A stretch of DNA of 64,000 nucleotides from an uncultured virus (IMG/VR IMGVR_UViG_3300044922_001008) (IMGVR_UViG_3300044922_001008), one strand, 5' to 3'; counted from the first letter of the stretch, positions 20,668-31,029 are shown. Program-made: numbers and translations. Notes: generated by a model from the sequence alone, not told the origin.

Positions 20668-21936
20668 ATGCCAGATTTGAATGCCGAATCAATGAGTAAG
20701 ATAGATCAATCTGTAGATTATTTGGTATCCATTCTCAAAAAACAAATTATTTCTGGTGATGGATTTCAGAAGCGTGGATTGTGGGATAGGTTTAAGAATT
20801 TCGTATCTAATGCTTGGCATGGTCGTTATAACCAAAAAAATCCCTATTATTTCATCAATACTCTTGGTGACTTCGCTGGTTCTTCAAAAAAAGATCCGAC
20901 TGCTTCTGCTCCCAAAGTTGGAGCTTCTGCCCCTAAAGTAGAATCTTTCAATCCACAAACTTTAACTTTACAAGAATACATGGAGATTAAATCTCTATTT
21001 GATAAACTTGAAGAAAATATTAATTCAATCAATGAGGCAGATGGCACTGATAATTTAAGAATTATGCGCTTAATTGATGATTGGTCTAAAACTCTTAAAA
21101 TTACACTTAAAAAGTTATTTTCAAATTTTTCTAAAACTTCTGGATCTCCAGAAGCCGAATCATCTCCAGAAACAGACAATAAGGATGGAGATCAATGTCG
21201 TATTGATTTAGAAAACAAACATAGAGATGGAAAAATAAGTCATAAAGATTATTTTAAAATAAAATCTATGATTAATCGTGGCGAAATAGAAGCTGCATGT
21301 CAAGCTATTGAAGAACTATTGAAAAGTCCAGAACCAGAACCAGAGCCAGAACCAGAAGCAGACCCTTTTTTAGAAAAGAAAATAGCAGATGCATATGAAG
21401 AATTAGAAGAAGCAAAAAAGAAAAAAATGCCAGATGATATTTATGAAAAAATAAAAAAAGATTTAGAAATTTATAGAAGAAATCCAGATGAAAAGCTTTG
21501 GTTAAGTATTAAAGATTCCATTCACGGAACTGGTCCTATCCCTAGTCGTTCTGGCGATGAGTCTGAATCACCAGAAGAAGAAAAATTCCCATTTAACCTT
21601 GACGAAACAATTGCAACTTTCAAAAAAATTAAATCTGCCTTAAGAAAAAAAGAACCATATAAAAAATTATTTTCAAAGTGGAAGAAAAATGCAAGTCCAT
21701 CTTTAAAAGATGAATTTGAAAAATTAGAAGAAAAATTAAACACGGCTCTTATTGATCATATGGAAAAAGAAGAGTTCGAAGATCTATTACACGAATATAA
21801 GATTATTGTAAATGAAATAATTAGTGATGGAGATTCTCCAATTGAATCTACCATTGAATGTGTATCACCTTTATTGCCATTAAATCTTGAACAGAAAAAA
21901 AATTATATAAAAATTTTAATTAATGAGAGATCATAA
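20668..21936 (+). CDS. Hypothetical charged helical protein, possible internal head protein
   Basis: AGGAG RBS before ATG 20668; amphipathic GLWDRFKNFVSNAW helix; PE repeats. Confidence 0.5.
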   Translation: MPDLNAESMSKIDQSVDYLVSILKKQIISGDGFQKRGLWDRFKNFVSNAWHGRYNQKNPYYFINTLGDFAGSSKKDPTASAPKVGASAPKVESFNPQTLTLQEYMEIKSLFDKLEENINSINEADGTDNLRIMRLIDDWSKTLKITLKKLFSNFSKTSGSPEAESSPETDNKDGDQCRIDLENKHRDGKISHKDYFKIKSMINRGEIEAACQAIEELLKSPEPEPEPEPEADPFLEKKIADAYEELEEAKKKKMPDDIYEKIKKDLEIYRRNPDEKLWLSIKDSIHGTGPIPSRSGDESESPEEEKFPFNLDETIATFKKIKSALRKKEPYKKLFSKWKKNASPSLKDEFEKLEEKLNTALIDHMEKEEFEDLLHEYKIIVNEIISDGDSPIESTIECVSPLLPLNLEQKKNYIKILINERS

Positions 21937-22115
21937 TGCCATTTAAAAGTAAATCCCAATGGAAAGCATGCTTTGCTAGCAAAGGATTTGGCGGCAAGGT
22001 TGATTGCGAAAAATGGGCTAAAAAAACCAAAAAATTCAAAAAACTTCCAAATAAGTTAGAGATGAAAAATGAATTTTTTTCAAATTGGTTAAAAAATAAA
22101 GATCCAGAATTTTAA
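21936..22115 (+). CDS. Small basic protein (59 aa, not in ORF track)
   Basis: MPFKSKSQWKACFASKGFGGKVDCEKWAKKTKKFKKLPNK...DPEF; TAATG coupling to the upstream gene. Confidence 0.55.
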   Translation: MPFKSKSQWKACFASKGFGGKVDCEKWAKKTKKFKKLPNKLEMKNEFFSNWLKNKDPEF

Positions 22116-22732
22116 TTGCTTCTGCCAGTTATTTTTTCTGGCAATTTAAATGGTGGCAATTCATAAAATCTAAAAACTTGCTCTTGGCTTAAACTACCAC
22201 TTCCATTTCCCTTACTTTCGCCATGACTCTCTTTTCCTAATGCCTCTGCCTCTCCTGTTCCATTGCCAGATTTTTCTCCAATAATTGTTTTGCCACTCAT
22301 AATCATTTGCATTGCTTTTGCAGCATTTTGATGCAATTCTTCTGAGTAAGATAATCTGTAAGCTCGTGGTTCAACACTATTCTTACGAATTGAAAATGGT
22401 TTCAATAAATAAATAATACTTTTTTCTATAACTTTATTTTCTGTGTCTGCTTCAGTAGCCCAAACAAATATACCACCATCATCTTTTTTATTGAATTTAG
22501 ATGGCTCTTGAACAAGAATCCAATGAATAATTGATTTCTGAGGCATAGCAACGGATGTCGCCCATCCACTTAAATCACTAAGAGAAAACCACATAGCAAA
22601 ACTAAAATACAAACAAAATGTTATAAATAAAGTTTTAAAAGCCCAAAATCCTTTAGAAAATATAATCATCCATAAACCAATAGCACATAATACTAAGAAT
22701 GTTAATGGAATACCAATTGCATTTATGTCCAT
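22112..22732 (-). CDS. Membrane protein (2 N-terminal TM helices), third gene of the MotA/TolQ-like operon
   Basis: Hydrophobic N-terminus, soluble C-terminal domain with PRAYRLSYSEELH. Confidence 0.65.
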   Translation of the reverse strand: MDINAIGIPLTFLVLCAIGLWMIIFSKGFWAFKTLFITFCLYFSFAMWFSLSDLSGWATSVAMPQKSIIHWILVQEPSKFNKKDDGGIFVWATEADTENKVIEKSIIYLLKPFSIRKNSVEPRAYRLSYSEELHQNAAKAMQMIMSGKTIIGEKSGNGTGEAEALGKESHGESKGNGSGSLSQEQVFRFYELPPFKLPEKITGRSN

Positions 22733-22738
22733 AAGACC

Positions 22739-23380
22739 TCAAGGAATTTCTGGTGGGATTATAGGTGTTCTAGCTGGTTCACTTTCTTTTGGCTTTCTAC
22801 CAAGCAATTTCTTTTCAATCTCTGAAATGCCAGCTAATTCGCCTTTTCCATTAATTTTAAAACGAAAAGCTGTTTTTTCATCGCCATTTTTCATTAATGT
22901 TATTTTTCTCTGAATTAAGACACCATATGTTGGACTTACTTTTTCTAATTGAACAATAACTTCTGTTGGCTTTTGATCATTGAAATTATAAGCGTGAACA
23001 TTAACACAATATTCACCAACAGATGTGCCTCTTAGGGTGACTATTTCTTTATTTTCTGAATATACAATTGTGCCAAATTTTGTTTGTACAGTATCATTTC
23101 TGTGACCAAGATCATCACGATCAAGATGCATCAATCCATCTTCTCGTCTTCCAAAACAAACTAAGTTTCCTTCTGGATCTTCTACATAAGCATCAACATC
23201 ATTATCAAGTTCTTTTCCCCAAACAAAAGTTATTAGATATGAAGCTTTAGACTCAGGAGTTTTTTTATTTTGATTTATCAATGCAAATGAAAGAATAAAT
23301 AGGCAAGTAAAAGCTAACAACATGTTGAAAAGCAAATCTAAAAATGAAGTGTTACAAGAATAGTTTTTTCTAAAGTTCAT
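22739..23380 (-). CDS. MotB/TolR/ExbD-like single-TM protein with YfaP/DUF2135-like extracytoplasmic domain
   Basis: SFLDLLFNMLLAF TM helix with the conserved Asp; W...DVDAYVEDP.G, LDRDD.G, GEY.VNVHAY. Confidence 0.65.
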   Translation of the reverse strand: MNFRKNYSCNTSFLDLLFNMLLAFTCLFILSFALINQNKKTPESKASYLITFVWGKELDNDVDAYVEDPEGNLVCFGRREDGLMHLDRDDLGHRNDTVQTKFGTIVYSENKEIVTLRGTSVGEYCVNVHAYNFNDQKPTEVIVQLEKVSPTYGVLIQRKITLMKNGDEKTAFRFKINGKGELAGISEIEKKLLGRKPKESEPARTPIIPPEIP

Positions 23381-23389
23381 TTAACCTCA

Positions 23390-23887
23390 TTAAATATTGT
23401 TTTCTAATTTATCAAGTTCAATAGCAATAAGAAAGAATTGCAATTTTAGAATACTACCACAAACCAAACCAACGATTGTTGTGTATAACGCAGTAGCCAT
23501 ACTTCCGCCCAATTGTGTGAGCAGAGCTTGAACAGATGTGATATTTTGAATGTCTAATGAATTAAAGCCAGAAAGCATCATAATGAAACCAATAATTGTT
23601 CCCATCATTCCCAATGTCAAACAAAGCTCACTTACAAACCATCCTATCTCTGATTTATTTTTATAAATGGCAATATCTTTTGAATTTTTAGAAATTTTAG
23701 AAATTTGATAACACAGGTTTCCTGCATGAAGAGAACAAATTAAGAATATAATATATGTAATATAACTTAAAAAACTTGAATCTTTAATCCAGATTTCTTT
23801 TGCTATACCGCATTGAAATAAAATTATTGATATTACACAAATGAAAGTGAAAATTAAGTGCCATTGTAAGAATAATAGATTTTTCAT
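23390..23887 (-). CDS. MotA/TolQ/ExbB proton-channel family protein
   Basis: ELCLTLGMMGTIIGFI...MATALYTTIVGL signature helices; 4 predicted TM segments. Confidence 0.85.
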   Translation of the reverse strand: MKNLLFLQWHLIFTFICVISIILFQCGIAKEIWIKDSSFLSYITYIIFLICSLHAGNLCYQISKISKNSKDIAIYKNKSEIGWFVSELCLTLGMMGTIIGFIMMLSGFNSLDIQNITSVQALLTQLGGSMATALYTTIVGLVCGSILKLQFFLIAIELDKLENNI

Positions 23888-23901
23888 AATTTCCTTATAT
23901 T

Positions 23902-24267
23902 TTATTTTTTGGCTAAATCCGAAAGCTCATCTATATTTATGAATTGCGAATCATTTGTATTCTCGTTTATTTTATTTTCTTTAGATTTAATCATATCGTT
24001 TATAATTTTTTTATGTTCTGGATTTTCTTCATTAAGCACTTGTTCTTCTATAATCCCAACAACATTTTTAAATTGATAGAAATTTTTACAACCAGTCAAT
24101 GTATGTGTTGTGAAAATTCCATCTTCATCTATAGAATCAACAACACCAGTGAAAAAATCTGCGAATTGAGGATCACTAAAATTTGATTTAGCAATTGGCT
24201 CGGTCAATATTGTGCATATTTTACCAATAAAAAGTTCCGTCATTTTTTTCAAAGTGGTTTGTTTCAT
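23902..24267 (-). CDS. Hypothetical protein
   Basis: 121 aa; FTGVVDSIDEDGIF beta pattern, possibly Sm-like. Confidence 0.5.
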   Translation of the reverse strand: MKQTTLKKMTELFIGKICTILTEPIAKSNFSDPQFADFFTGVVDSIDEDGIFTTHTLTGCKNFYQFKNVVGIIEEQVLNEENPEHKKIINDMIKSKENKINENTNDSQFINIDELSDLAKK

Positions 24268-24290
24268 GTCACACCTAATAGAGAATGAAT

Positions 24291-25340
24291 TTAAGAGAAT
24301 TGAACAATATCACCAGCCATACCATGCGGAGCAGAGAAATCAACTGATTTAGATCTACTATGAATCCAATTATGCACTAATGCCGTTCCAGCATCAATAT
24401 ACATCTCATTCCAATCATTGTATTTTTCTGGTGGTCTTACATACATTAATTTGTCATTACTTTGCAAATTTTTACTTAAAGATAACATATTTAACATTTT
24501 CATGGTTCCATGCGTTCCCGCCTTATCCCTATCCAGACATACAACAATTCGATAATCAGAAAGCATAATTGCTTGTTTTTCACTCATATTTTTACCACCA
24601 CAAGCACATGCGTTCAATTCTGATAATTGTAAGCTTTTTGCATTAAATTCGCCTTCGCAAACATGCACAATACTGCCTGATGTAGCCCATTTACCCGCCA
24701 TGTAAATGACATCTTCTTTACCAACACCACACGACTTTGGAGGTCCCAAATAACGAAGTTTTGATTTTTGGCTTATACTGCGGGAATTCCAATAAATAAG
24801 CTCGCCAGATTTTCCGTAATAAGGGATCACGATTCTTCCCTTATAAGGTTCTTCCATACAAACATAATAACCATCAATTGGTATTTTTCTGTTTGTAAGA
24901 TATTCTTCAGATTTCTGTCTATACCAATTATTGGTGCCAAGATCGCTAATTAAATATGATCCAGATGGCAAAGAAAACTTTGATTTTTCAGAATCTTTAG
25001 AATCTTCTGAAAGATATGAGGTAGTATCTCCAAGAAATTCATCAATATCTTTTTCTAATTGTGTAATAGTTTTATAACCACAAAGGGTCGATAAAGCTTC
25101 TTCTCTTGAACAATTATCAACAAGTCTGACCAATTTGATGAGATCGCCACCTTTATTTGTTTTCCAGCAATGAAATGCTCCAAATTTATATTCTTTTCTT
25201 CCACCAGTAGGAGAACACCATAAGTGATGTTTATCATCTGATGTAAAGATGCTGTTAATCTTTATTTCTTTATCTGTGACAACAACATCTTTAAATCTTG
25301 ATTCTGCCCATTCAACAAATTTGTCAAAGTTTATTGCCAT
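24291..25340 (-). CDS. DNA primase (DnaG/T4 gp61-like)
   Basis: FHCWKT..GGDLIKLV zinc-binding region, RIVIPY, RYLGP, TOPRIM VCEGEFNA and LDRDKAG, YNDWNE; likely start MAINF at 25340. Confidence 0.85.
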   Translation of the reverse strand: MAINFDKFVEWAESRFKDVVVTDKEIKINSIFTSDDKHHLWCSPTGGRKEYKFGAFHCWKTNKGGDLIKLVRLVDNCSREEALSTLCGYKTITQLEKDIDEFLGDTTSYLSEDSKDSEKSKFSLPSGSYLISDLGTNNWYRQKSEEYLTNRKIPIDGYYVCMEEPYKGRIVIPYYGKSGELIYWNSRSISQKSKLRYLGPPKSCGVGKEDVIYMAGKWATSGSIVHVCEGEFNAKSLQLSELNACACGGKNMSEKQAIMLSDYRIVVCLDRDKAGTHGTMKMLNMLSLSKNLQSNDKLMYVRPPEKYNDWNEMYIDAGTALVHNWIHSRSKSVDFSAPHGMAGDIVQFS

Positions 25341-25381
25341 GAGTTGACCTTTTGACTTAGAATTACTTGAGGTAAAAACAC

Positions 25382-26143
25382 ATGAACATTGAACATATTT
25401 CCGTTTCGAGAAAACAATGCTTTGATACTTGCAAAGCACAATACAAATATCGCTATCATTTGAAGATTGTATCAGAAGAACCAACTGCAGACCACTTCAC
25501 TTATGGAAAAATTGTCCATAAAGTTGCAGAAAATTATGTTGAAGAAAAAGGAAAAAGAGAAATTTCAGAAATTGCTTCTGATGTTTTGAATGGAAAAATA
25601 TTTTTAGAAGGAACTACTAAATCTCCTCCATTGCCAGTTCAATATACAGAAAAATTACCTGTTCATTTGAAAAACATTAAAGTTTTAACAGATCGAATTG
25701 GATTTGATGGAGAACTAGAATGGGAATTCAATTATGATCTTGATAATCCAAACAAAAGAATGATTAAAGGATTTATTGATCGATTGATCATTCGTGGAGA
25801 TAAATATTTCATTCTTGATTATAAAACAACAAAAAAAGGTCCATGGAGAAAAACAAAAGGAAATATTGGAAAAGATTTGCAATTACGATGTTATGGAAGA
25901 ATTATTCAAAAGCATTTTGGAGCAAAAGCCGAAAACATTATGGCAGCTTTGTATTATCTCGAAGGACCAAATTTAATTTCGACTGGATTTACTCAAGAAT
26001 CTCTAGATTCTGCAGGAACAGAGCTTTTAAATACCTATAAGGAAATTTATGCCATGAATCCAAACGATGCAATTGGAACAACTGGAAATCATTGTAGATT
26101 TTGTGATTATAAAAATACTTGCCCTTATTTTGACAAGCTCTAA
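25382..26143 (+). CDS. PD-(D/E)XK nuclease (Cas4/RecB/AddB-like, Fe-S staple)
   Basis: N-terminal C..QY.Y, G..VH, GFIDRL, ILDYKT, QL..Y, C-terminal C..C.....C. Confidence 0.85.
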   Translation: MNIEHISVSRKQCFDTCKAQYKYRYHLKIVSEEPTADHFTYGKIVHKVAENYVEEKGKREISEIASDVLNGKIFLEGTTKSPPLPVQYTEKLPVHLKNIKVLTDRIGFDGELEWEFNYDLDNPNKRMIKGFIDRLIIRGDKYFILDYKTTKKGPWRKTKGNIGKDLQLRCYGRIIQKHFGAKAENIMAALYYLEGPNLISTGFTQESLDSAGTELLNTYKEIYAMNPNDAIGTTGNHCRFCDYKNTCPYFDKL

Positions 26144-27018
26144 TTAGGAATCAAAATATAATTTTCATCATATTTTTGATGCCAAATGCTACGATCAATA
26201 ATTTTTATTTTCTTTGCTATATCAGAACCCGGTTTTATTTTTAAAAGAAAATCATAGCCATTTCCAGAATATACCTCATGTATAACACTTAATGGAGTGA
26301 AATATCCTTCTCCAGAACCATCAATATTAGATGTGGCTACACATGTGGCAAGATATAATTTGTCATCCATTAAGCCACCACCACTTCTTCCGGGTCGTGG
26401 ACTATTCTTTATTGTTGTTAGGCTTTTGTTAAATAGACCGACTATTTGAACTTCATAATGTGCAACTTCATCTCCTCCATCGCAACCAATACTATGCATT
26501 ATTTTTCCTTCTTTATATTTATAATCAATTGGTGCGATTGGGAAAAAATTTGGTCTCCAATCAGGTTCAAAAGTTACTAAAGCGGTATCTGCATCTGAGA
26601 TATAAGAATAAAAAATTACTTTAGCATTATATGTCTTCGGTTCTGCCAATTTTATATCATTTTGATACCATGTCAAAATTTTACAAGTTAAATTCTTTTT
26701 TTTGCCTTCTTCAGCCGACATTGTTCCACGATTCCATAAATGTCCACATGTCGCAACATAAGCTATATTTTTTACATTGTCATAGTAGACAATAGTTCCA
26801 GATCCAGATCCTCCAGATACTGCAATTTTTACTGATGGTGCTAACCATTTGCGAAATTCTATGCCCCTTTGTTCGATTGGAGCAGAACCATGGTAATTTA
26901 CTACTGGTTGAAAAATTGGCATTTCTGCCACAGATTTATTTGGTATTTCGCTGGCTTCAGCAAAATTAGAAAATAAAAATACAACCATCATAAAAAGAAA
27001 TGTAATTATTTTTTTCAT
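26140..27018 (-). CDS. Exported trypsin-like serine protease
   Basis: Signal peptide; GSGTIV, ATCGHL (His), DTALV (Asp), GRSGGGL (Ser). Confidence 0.85.
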   Translation of the reverse strand: MKKIITFLFMMVVFLFSNFAEASEIPNKSVAEMPIFQPVVNYHGSAPIEQRGIEFRKWLAPSVKIAVSGGSGSGTIVYYDNVKNIAYVATCGHLWNRGTMSAEEGKKKNLTCKILTWYQNDIKLAEPKTYNAKVIFYSYISDADTALVTFEPDWRPNFFPIAPIDYKYKEGKIMHSIGCDGGDEVAHYEVQIVGLFNKSLTTIKNSPRPGRSGGGLMDDKLYLATCVATSNIDGSGEGYFTPLSVIHEVYSGNGYDFLLKIKPGSDIAKKIKIIDRSIWHQKYDENYILIPN

Positions 27019-27061
27019 TATTCCTCTTTTAATGTAATACTAATTTTATATAGGTCTATCA

Positions 27062-27472
27062 ATGCTAACTCTAACGGTATCACACAATATCTTTTTGACA
27101 AAAAAACAAAGATATGAATTATCTGTTGTAGAATCGACCTTAGAGGTAATTGGAATTTCATTTCCAGTTTGGTTTTATAAAGGTAAAACTTCAGAACCTG
27201 CAAAGGAAGTATTTTGTAAATATATTTTGAGTATTAATGACAAAAAAAAAGCAATCAGCAAATATTCTGAAGGATATATTATAAATCTTCCAAAATATCT
27301 TGATAAAATATCCATGCCTATTTTCGACACTTTAAAAGACGAAAAAGATGGAGGCAGACAAATGCTTCAATATAAAGAATATAGCTCATCAAAAATAAAA
27401 TCTATCAGATACAATGTCGTTCATATTGTTGAAATATATGACGATAGCGTTTTATTAGATTCGATTATTTAA
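27062..27472 (+). CDS. Hypothetical protein
   Basis: 136 aa ORF between divergent and convergent neighbours. Confidence 0.5.
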   Translation: MLTLTVSHNIFLTKKQRYELSVVESTLEVIGISFPVWFYKGKTSEPAKEVFCKYILSINDKKKAISKYSEGYIINLPKYLDKISMPIFDTLKDEKDGGRQMLQYKEYSSSKIKSIRYNVVHIVEIYDDSVLLDSII

Positions 27473-27987
27473 GGGCAATCTCTAAGTGACAATGTCATTC
27501 TTAGACTTAATGTATCGCCAGAGTTCAAAGTCGCTGGAGAACTTAGGGAAACACTGGATATTAAATTTCCAGAGTTATCAGAAGCATCAGTTAAAAACAA
27601 ATTACTAACAGGTCCATATGAATCAGTTGCATTGAAAGATACAATATTCGTAACTGCTTTGTGCAAAGAAGTGCCTATTGATATATTCCATCCACTATTT
27701 ACCGTAGAAGATGAACTTATTTGCTGTCTGATATAGCCACTACCAGATGGCTCATCTATAATGTCTTCCATGGTATCTGCATATGCCAATTCGGTTCTAC
27801 TATCCAAACCAAGATAATAATATTCTGGTGGCATTGATCCATCATTATAAAATAGCGTTTGAAGTATCATGGATTCACCATCAGAATGAAGAATGTTATA
27901 TAAATTCTTATCTTCCCAAATCACTTCATTGTTGCGTATAATTTTAACTTCAACAATTTTCATTATACCATTCCAGTTTTCTTTCAT
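27469..27987 (-). CDS. Putative tail/baseplate structural protein (distantly like 3470..3949)
   Basis: KNLYNILHSDGE, EPSGSGYIRQ, FLTDASDNSGNLI, TLNSGDTLSL; AGGAG RBS before ATG 27987. Confidence 0.55.
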   Translation of the reverse strand: MKENWNGIMKIVEVKIIRNNEVIWEDKNLYNILHSDGESMILQTLFYNDGSMPPEYYYLGLDSRTELAYADTMEDIIDEPSGSGYIRQQISSSSTVNSGWNISIGTSLHKAVTNIVSFNATDSYGPVSNLFLTDASDNSGNLISSVSLSSPATLNSGDTLSLRMTLSLRDCP

Positions 27988-27994
27988 AATTCTC

Positions 27995-28327
27995 CTAATC
28001 AATTAGAGTCATTTCTTCATTATCATTCTGAGTATTTGTAGTTGTAAAATTTTGCAACTTTTTATTTTCAAATTCTATAAGTTTATCTATTTGATTCACC
28101 ATCTTCTTTGCAACCTCAGGATTCATAATTCTTCCATTATTTAAAATCCAATTATTGGATGACTCAAGAGTATTAGATTTTCTTCTAATTTCTTTGTTCT
28201 CTCTTTGTTCAATAAAAGACAATGCTGCACTAAGATGGAACATGGCTTCGCTTAAATCATAATGACTTCTTACATCAGACATAACCTTTGCAATATTTTC
28301 TTTTATTTGTTTGTAATTTTTTTTCAT
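27995..28327 (-). CDS. Hypothetical protein
   Basis: 110 aa, coupled in the terminase operon. Confidence 0.55.
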   Translation of the reverse strand: MKKNYKQIKENIAKVMSDVRSHYDLSEAMFHLSAALSFIEQRENKEIRRKSNTLESSNNWILNNGRIMNPEVAKKMVNQIDKLIEFENKKLQNFTTTNTQNDNEEMTLID

Positions 28328-29205
28328 TGTTCTTCCAATTTTATGTAACGAATTGGTGCCGAATCATCAATCAATCTATAACTTCCAAATTCAAATCTTG
28401 TGTGTTTGTTTTTTACTTTTATTTTCCAAATATCATAATTCTCTGACACAATAGGTTTGTTTGTTTCAAACGAATATTTGAATGCTGTGTAATATTTTCC
28501 CAAATACATCCTTCTAATAGATTCTTGAATTCTATTTCTTTCTGATTTTTTTGTGACAAAATATAATTCTTTATATTTATCATTGTATTCATTAAGAGTT
28601 TTTTGAATAACCTTCATATCTGAATGAATATCAGATTCATTTAAAGATTCGAGATTAAATGAATAATCTTCAAATGTAACTTTAAAACTTTCATTTTCTG
28701 TATTTAATTCAAAAACTGTATCTGATTTTGGTTTAATTTTAATCCATGAAGATTTAATATAATCATCCGCATCACTTAAGATATCAGAAATAAACTTGGA
28801 AGTTTCCAGAACAGATTCGCACTTATAATTAGTCACAATATCTATATCATCCAAAGTAACATCTGAATCTAACAAAGCAAAAGATCTAATATTTGCTATT
28901 CTTTTTTGTATTTTTTCAATTGTTTCATTTTTATTATTTTTAGACCATTCTAAGAATTTAATGTATTCATCATTATGCTTTGTAATATCTTGCATACTTA
29001 CATAAAATAAAATTTCATTCTTTTTTGGATAATCAATATAATTCAAACATCTAGACAATTGTTCTAGATTAAGAAAAATATCATATAATTTTTTTCTATC
29101 TTTCAATACCAACAAATCAGTTCTTGTGACATCTTCATATTCATTGATATCAACAGATATTGTTGGCTTTTTTAACTTTTCTTTTATGAAATCTTTAATT
29201 GACAT
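28324..29205 (-). CDS. Hypothetical protein
   Basis: 293 aa directly downstream of the terminase. Confidence 0.55.
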   Translation of the reverse strand: MSIKDFIKEKLKKPTISVDINEYEDVTRTDLLVLKDRKKLYDIFLNLEQLSRCLNYIDYPKKNEILFYVSMQDITKHNDEYIKFLEWSKNNKNETIEKIQKRIANIRSFALLDSDVTLDDIDIVTNYKCESVLETSKFISDILSDADDYIKSSWIKIKPKSDTVFELNTENESFKVTFEDYSFNLESLNESDIHSDMKVIQKTLNEYNDKYKELYFVTKKSERNRIQESIRRMYLGKYYTAFKYSFETNKPIVSENYDIWKIKVKNKHTRFEFGSYRLIDDSAPIRYIKLEEQ

Positions 29206-29208
29206 TTA

Positions 29209-31029
29209 TTACCACCCAAATTCCTTTAGCAAATTATTATGCCTTCTTCTAAACTGCATTGATTCAGAATTCAGAATATCATCATTATCATCGAACAGGC
29301 TATCTCTTCCCATAGATAATATATCTTCTGGCTTGCCGTCTAACAATTCTCTTTTTATTTCTTCATATATTTCATTATTTATCTTAGCACCAACTTTGTC
29401 TCCATCTATATTAGCTCCCAATGGAATATCTTGACCAAGACTATCACGAACATATAAAGCTAAACACATAGATATGATGGCATCATCATGTCTTCCCTTT
29501 TGTGCCTGTGCTTTCTTTGTAACTGCATTATATTCAAAAGTTCCTAATTCATGAGTGAATCTGATGCTGTTGATTCTAATACTTCGATTTATTAGCTTGT
29601 TTTGCAATGATTCTAAAAATAATGGTCTATTGACTTGTCCCATTTTAATTCCCGGCTTTGGATTTCCTTTTTTAGACTCAAAGTATAAGTTATCGTAGTA
29701 CAAGTGATTCTGTAATGTATTTAAAACTGCTATTCCTGCTCCCATATTTTCTACTACCAACAAAGCATTATTATAAAATGTAGAAATTTCACGAAGTATT
29801 TGGGCAAAAACATTTGGAGAAATAGTGTTGCTGTAAAATTCGGCAATTTGCTCACATGTAATTTGATCTATAACTTGAAAACAACTATTGTCGTTATTCT
29901 CTCCTTGTCCTTCGGCACAATCTGCACCAATTATATATTCTCTGCCCTCAACAGGCTCTTTCCATATCCATAATGCACCTTTGTAGTTTTCAGATTCCAC
30001 TGTCGCTGCATGACCTATTCGGTTGCACCAATTTGGAAAAAGTTTTTTGCTTGGGTTATTATTGATTGTCATTTCGGTTAATTCACGAACAATTTTAGAT
30101 GAAAAGTAAGTTTCTCCACTACCTAAAAATTCACGCAAAACTTCTTGTAAAAAACCCTTTTCTCCAAGCTGTGCCTTTTGTTCAGCTATCCATTTAGGAT
30201 CATTATAATCTGGATGCTCCCAATAGTCTAAATCAATAACATGGAATAAATTTCTTTTTTCTTTTGCTTCAATGTAAGTTTGATAATACCAGTTTCCAAT
30301 ACCATTCACAGTTGAAACTAAAGCACAATTACCACCAGTTGATAAAACTGGCCACATAGCTTTCCAATGCTTGTCCATATCTTCAATAAATGCAACTTCG
30401 TCAATAATCAAGAATGTAACTGATTTTCCACGGGCAGCTTGAGGCGAGTAAAATTTCACAGAACTTCCAGTTTCCGTAAACATTTTCAAATGGTCATTCC
30501 ATTTGCCGTCTTTCTTTGGCTTCAACCAAAGTGGCAAATTTTCAACCGCCCTATCAATCATCATTCCTATATCTGTGGCTTCACGATCAGTTTTAGACAG
30601 AAGCATGATTTGTTGATCAGTTTGAAATAGACACTTCCACATACCCCACAATAATGTAACTGTAGTAAGACCACCTTGACGGAATTTAGAAATAATGTTG
30701 AAGCGATGGTTTTCGTAATCGTTTATAACTTTATGCTGGTATTTAAACATAATAAATGGAATAAGACCTTTAGTCGGATGCAAAATCCTAACATATTTGT
30801 GACAAAAGTAAGAAAAGCTATGAACGCATTTTATAATTTCAAGTTGTCTTTTTTGTGGATCATATGTTTCAAGGAACTCAAGAGGTTCATCAGGATCTAT
30901 TTCTAATTGGTATTTGTCAAATTTGAAATAAGTGGAATCATAAGTTTTATTGTAATATTCTTTTAGAGATTTATGCTTATTCCTCCACACCGAATCGGCA
31001 AGATTTTTTAAATATACGGGTGTACTCAT
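29209..31029 (-). CDS. terL: Terminase large subunit (T4 gp17-like)
   Basis: KFRQGGLTT Walker A variant, LIIDEVAF Walker B, STVNG motif, nuclease IGADCAEG and HDDAI; likely start at 31029. Confidence 0.95.
   Translation of the reverse strand: MSTPVYLKNLADSVWRNKHKSLKEYYNKTYDSTYFKFDKYQLEIDPDEPLEFLETYDPQKRQLEIIKCVHSFSYFCHKYVRILHPTKGLIPFIMFKYQHKVINDYENHRFNIISKFRQGGLTTVTLLWGMWKCLFQTDQQIMLLSKTDREATDIGMMIDRAVENLPLWLKPKKDGKWNDHLKMFTETGSSVKFYSPQAARGKSVTFLIIDEVAFIEDMDKHWKAMWPVLSTGGNCALVSTVNGIGNWYYQTYIEAKEKRNLFHVIDLDYWEHPDYNDPKWIAEQKAQLGEKGFLQEVLREFLGSGETYFSSKIVRELTEMTINNNPSKKLFPNWCNRIGHAATVESENYKGALWIWKEPVEGREYIIGADCAEGQGENNDNSCFQVIDQITCEQIAEFYSNTISPNVFAQILREISTFYNNALLVVENMGAGIAVLNTLQNHLYYDNLYFESKKGNPKPGIKMGQVNRPLFLESLQNKLINRSIRINSIRFTHELGTFEYNAVTKKAQAQKGRHDDAIISMCLALYVRDSLGQDIPLGANIDGDKVGAKINNEIYEEIKRELLDGKPEDILSMGRDSLFDDNDDILNSESMQFRRRHNNLLKEFGW

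Noticed and set aside
22112..23887. Calling the MotA/TolQ-like operon a Zorya system
   Set aside because: The A subunit lacks the long cytoplasmic tail, the B subunit lacks an OmpA-like domain, and no ZorC/D/E genes are adjacent
25382..26143. Cas4-like nuclease as evidence of a CRISPR-Cas system
   Set aside because: No array and no other cas genes in the window; stand-alone nucleases of this type are common in phages
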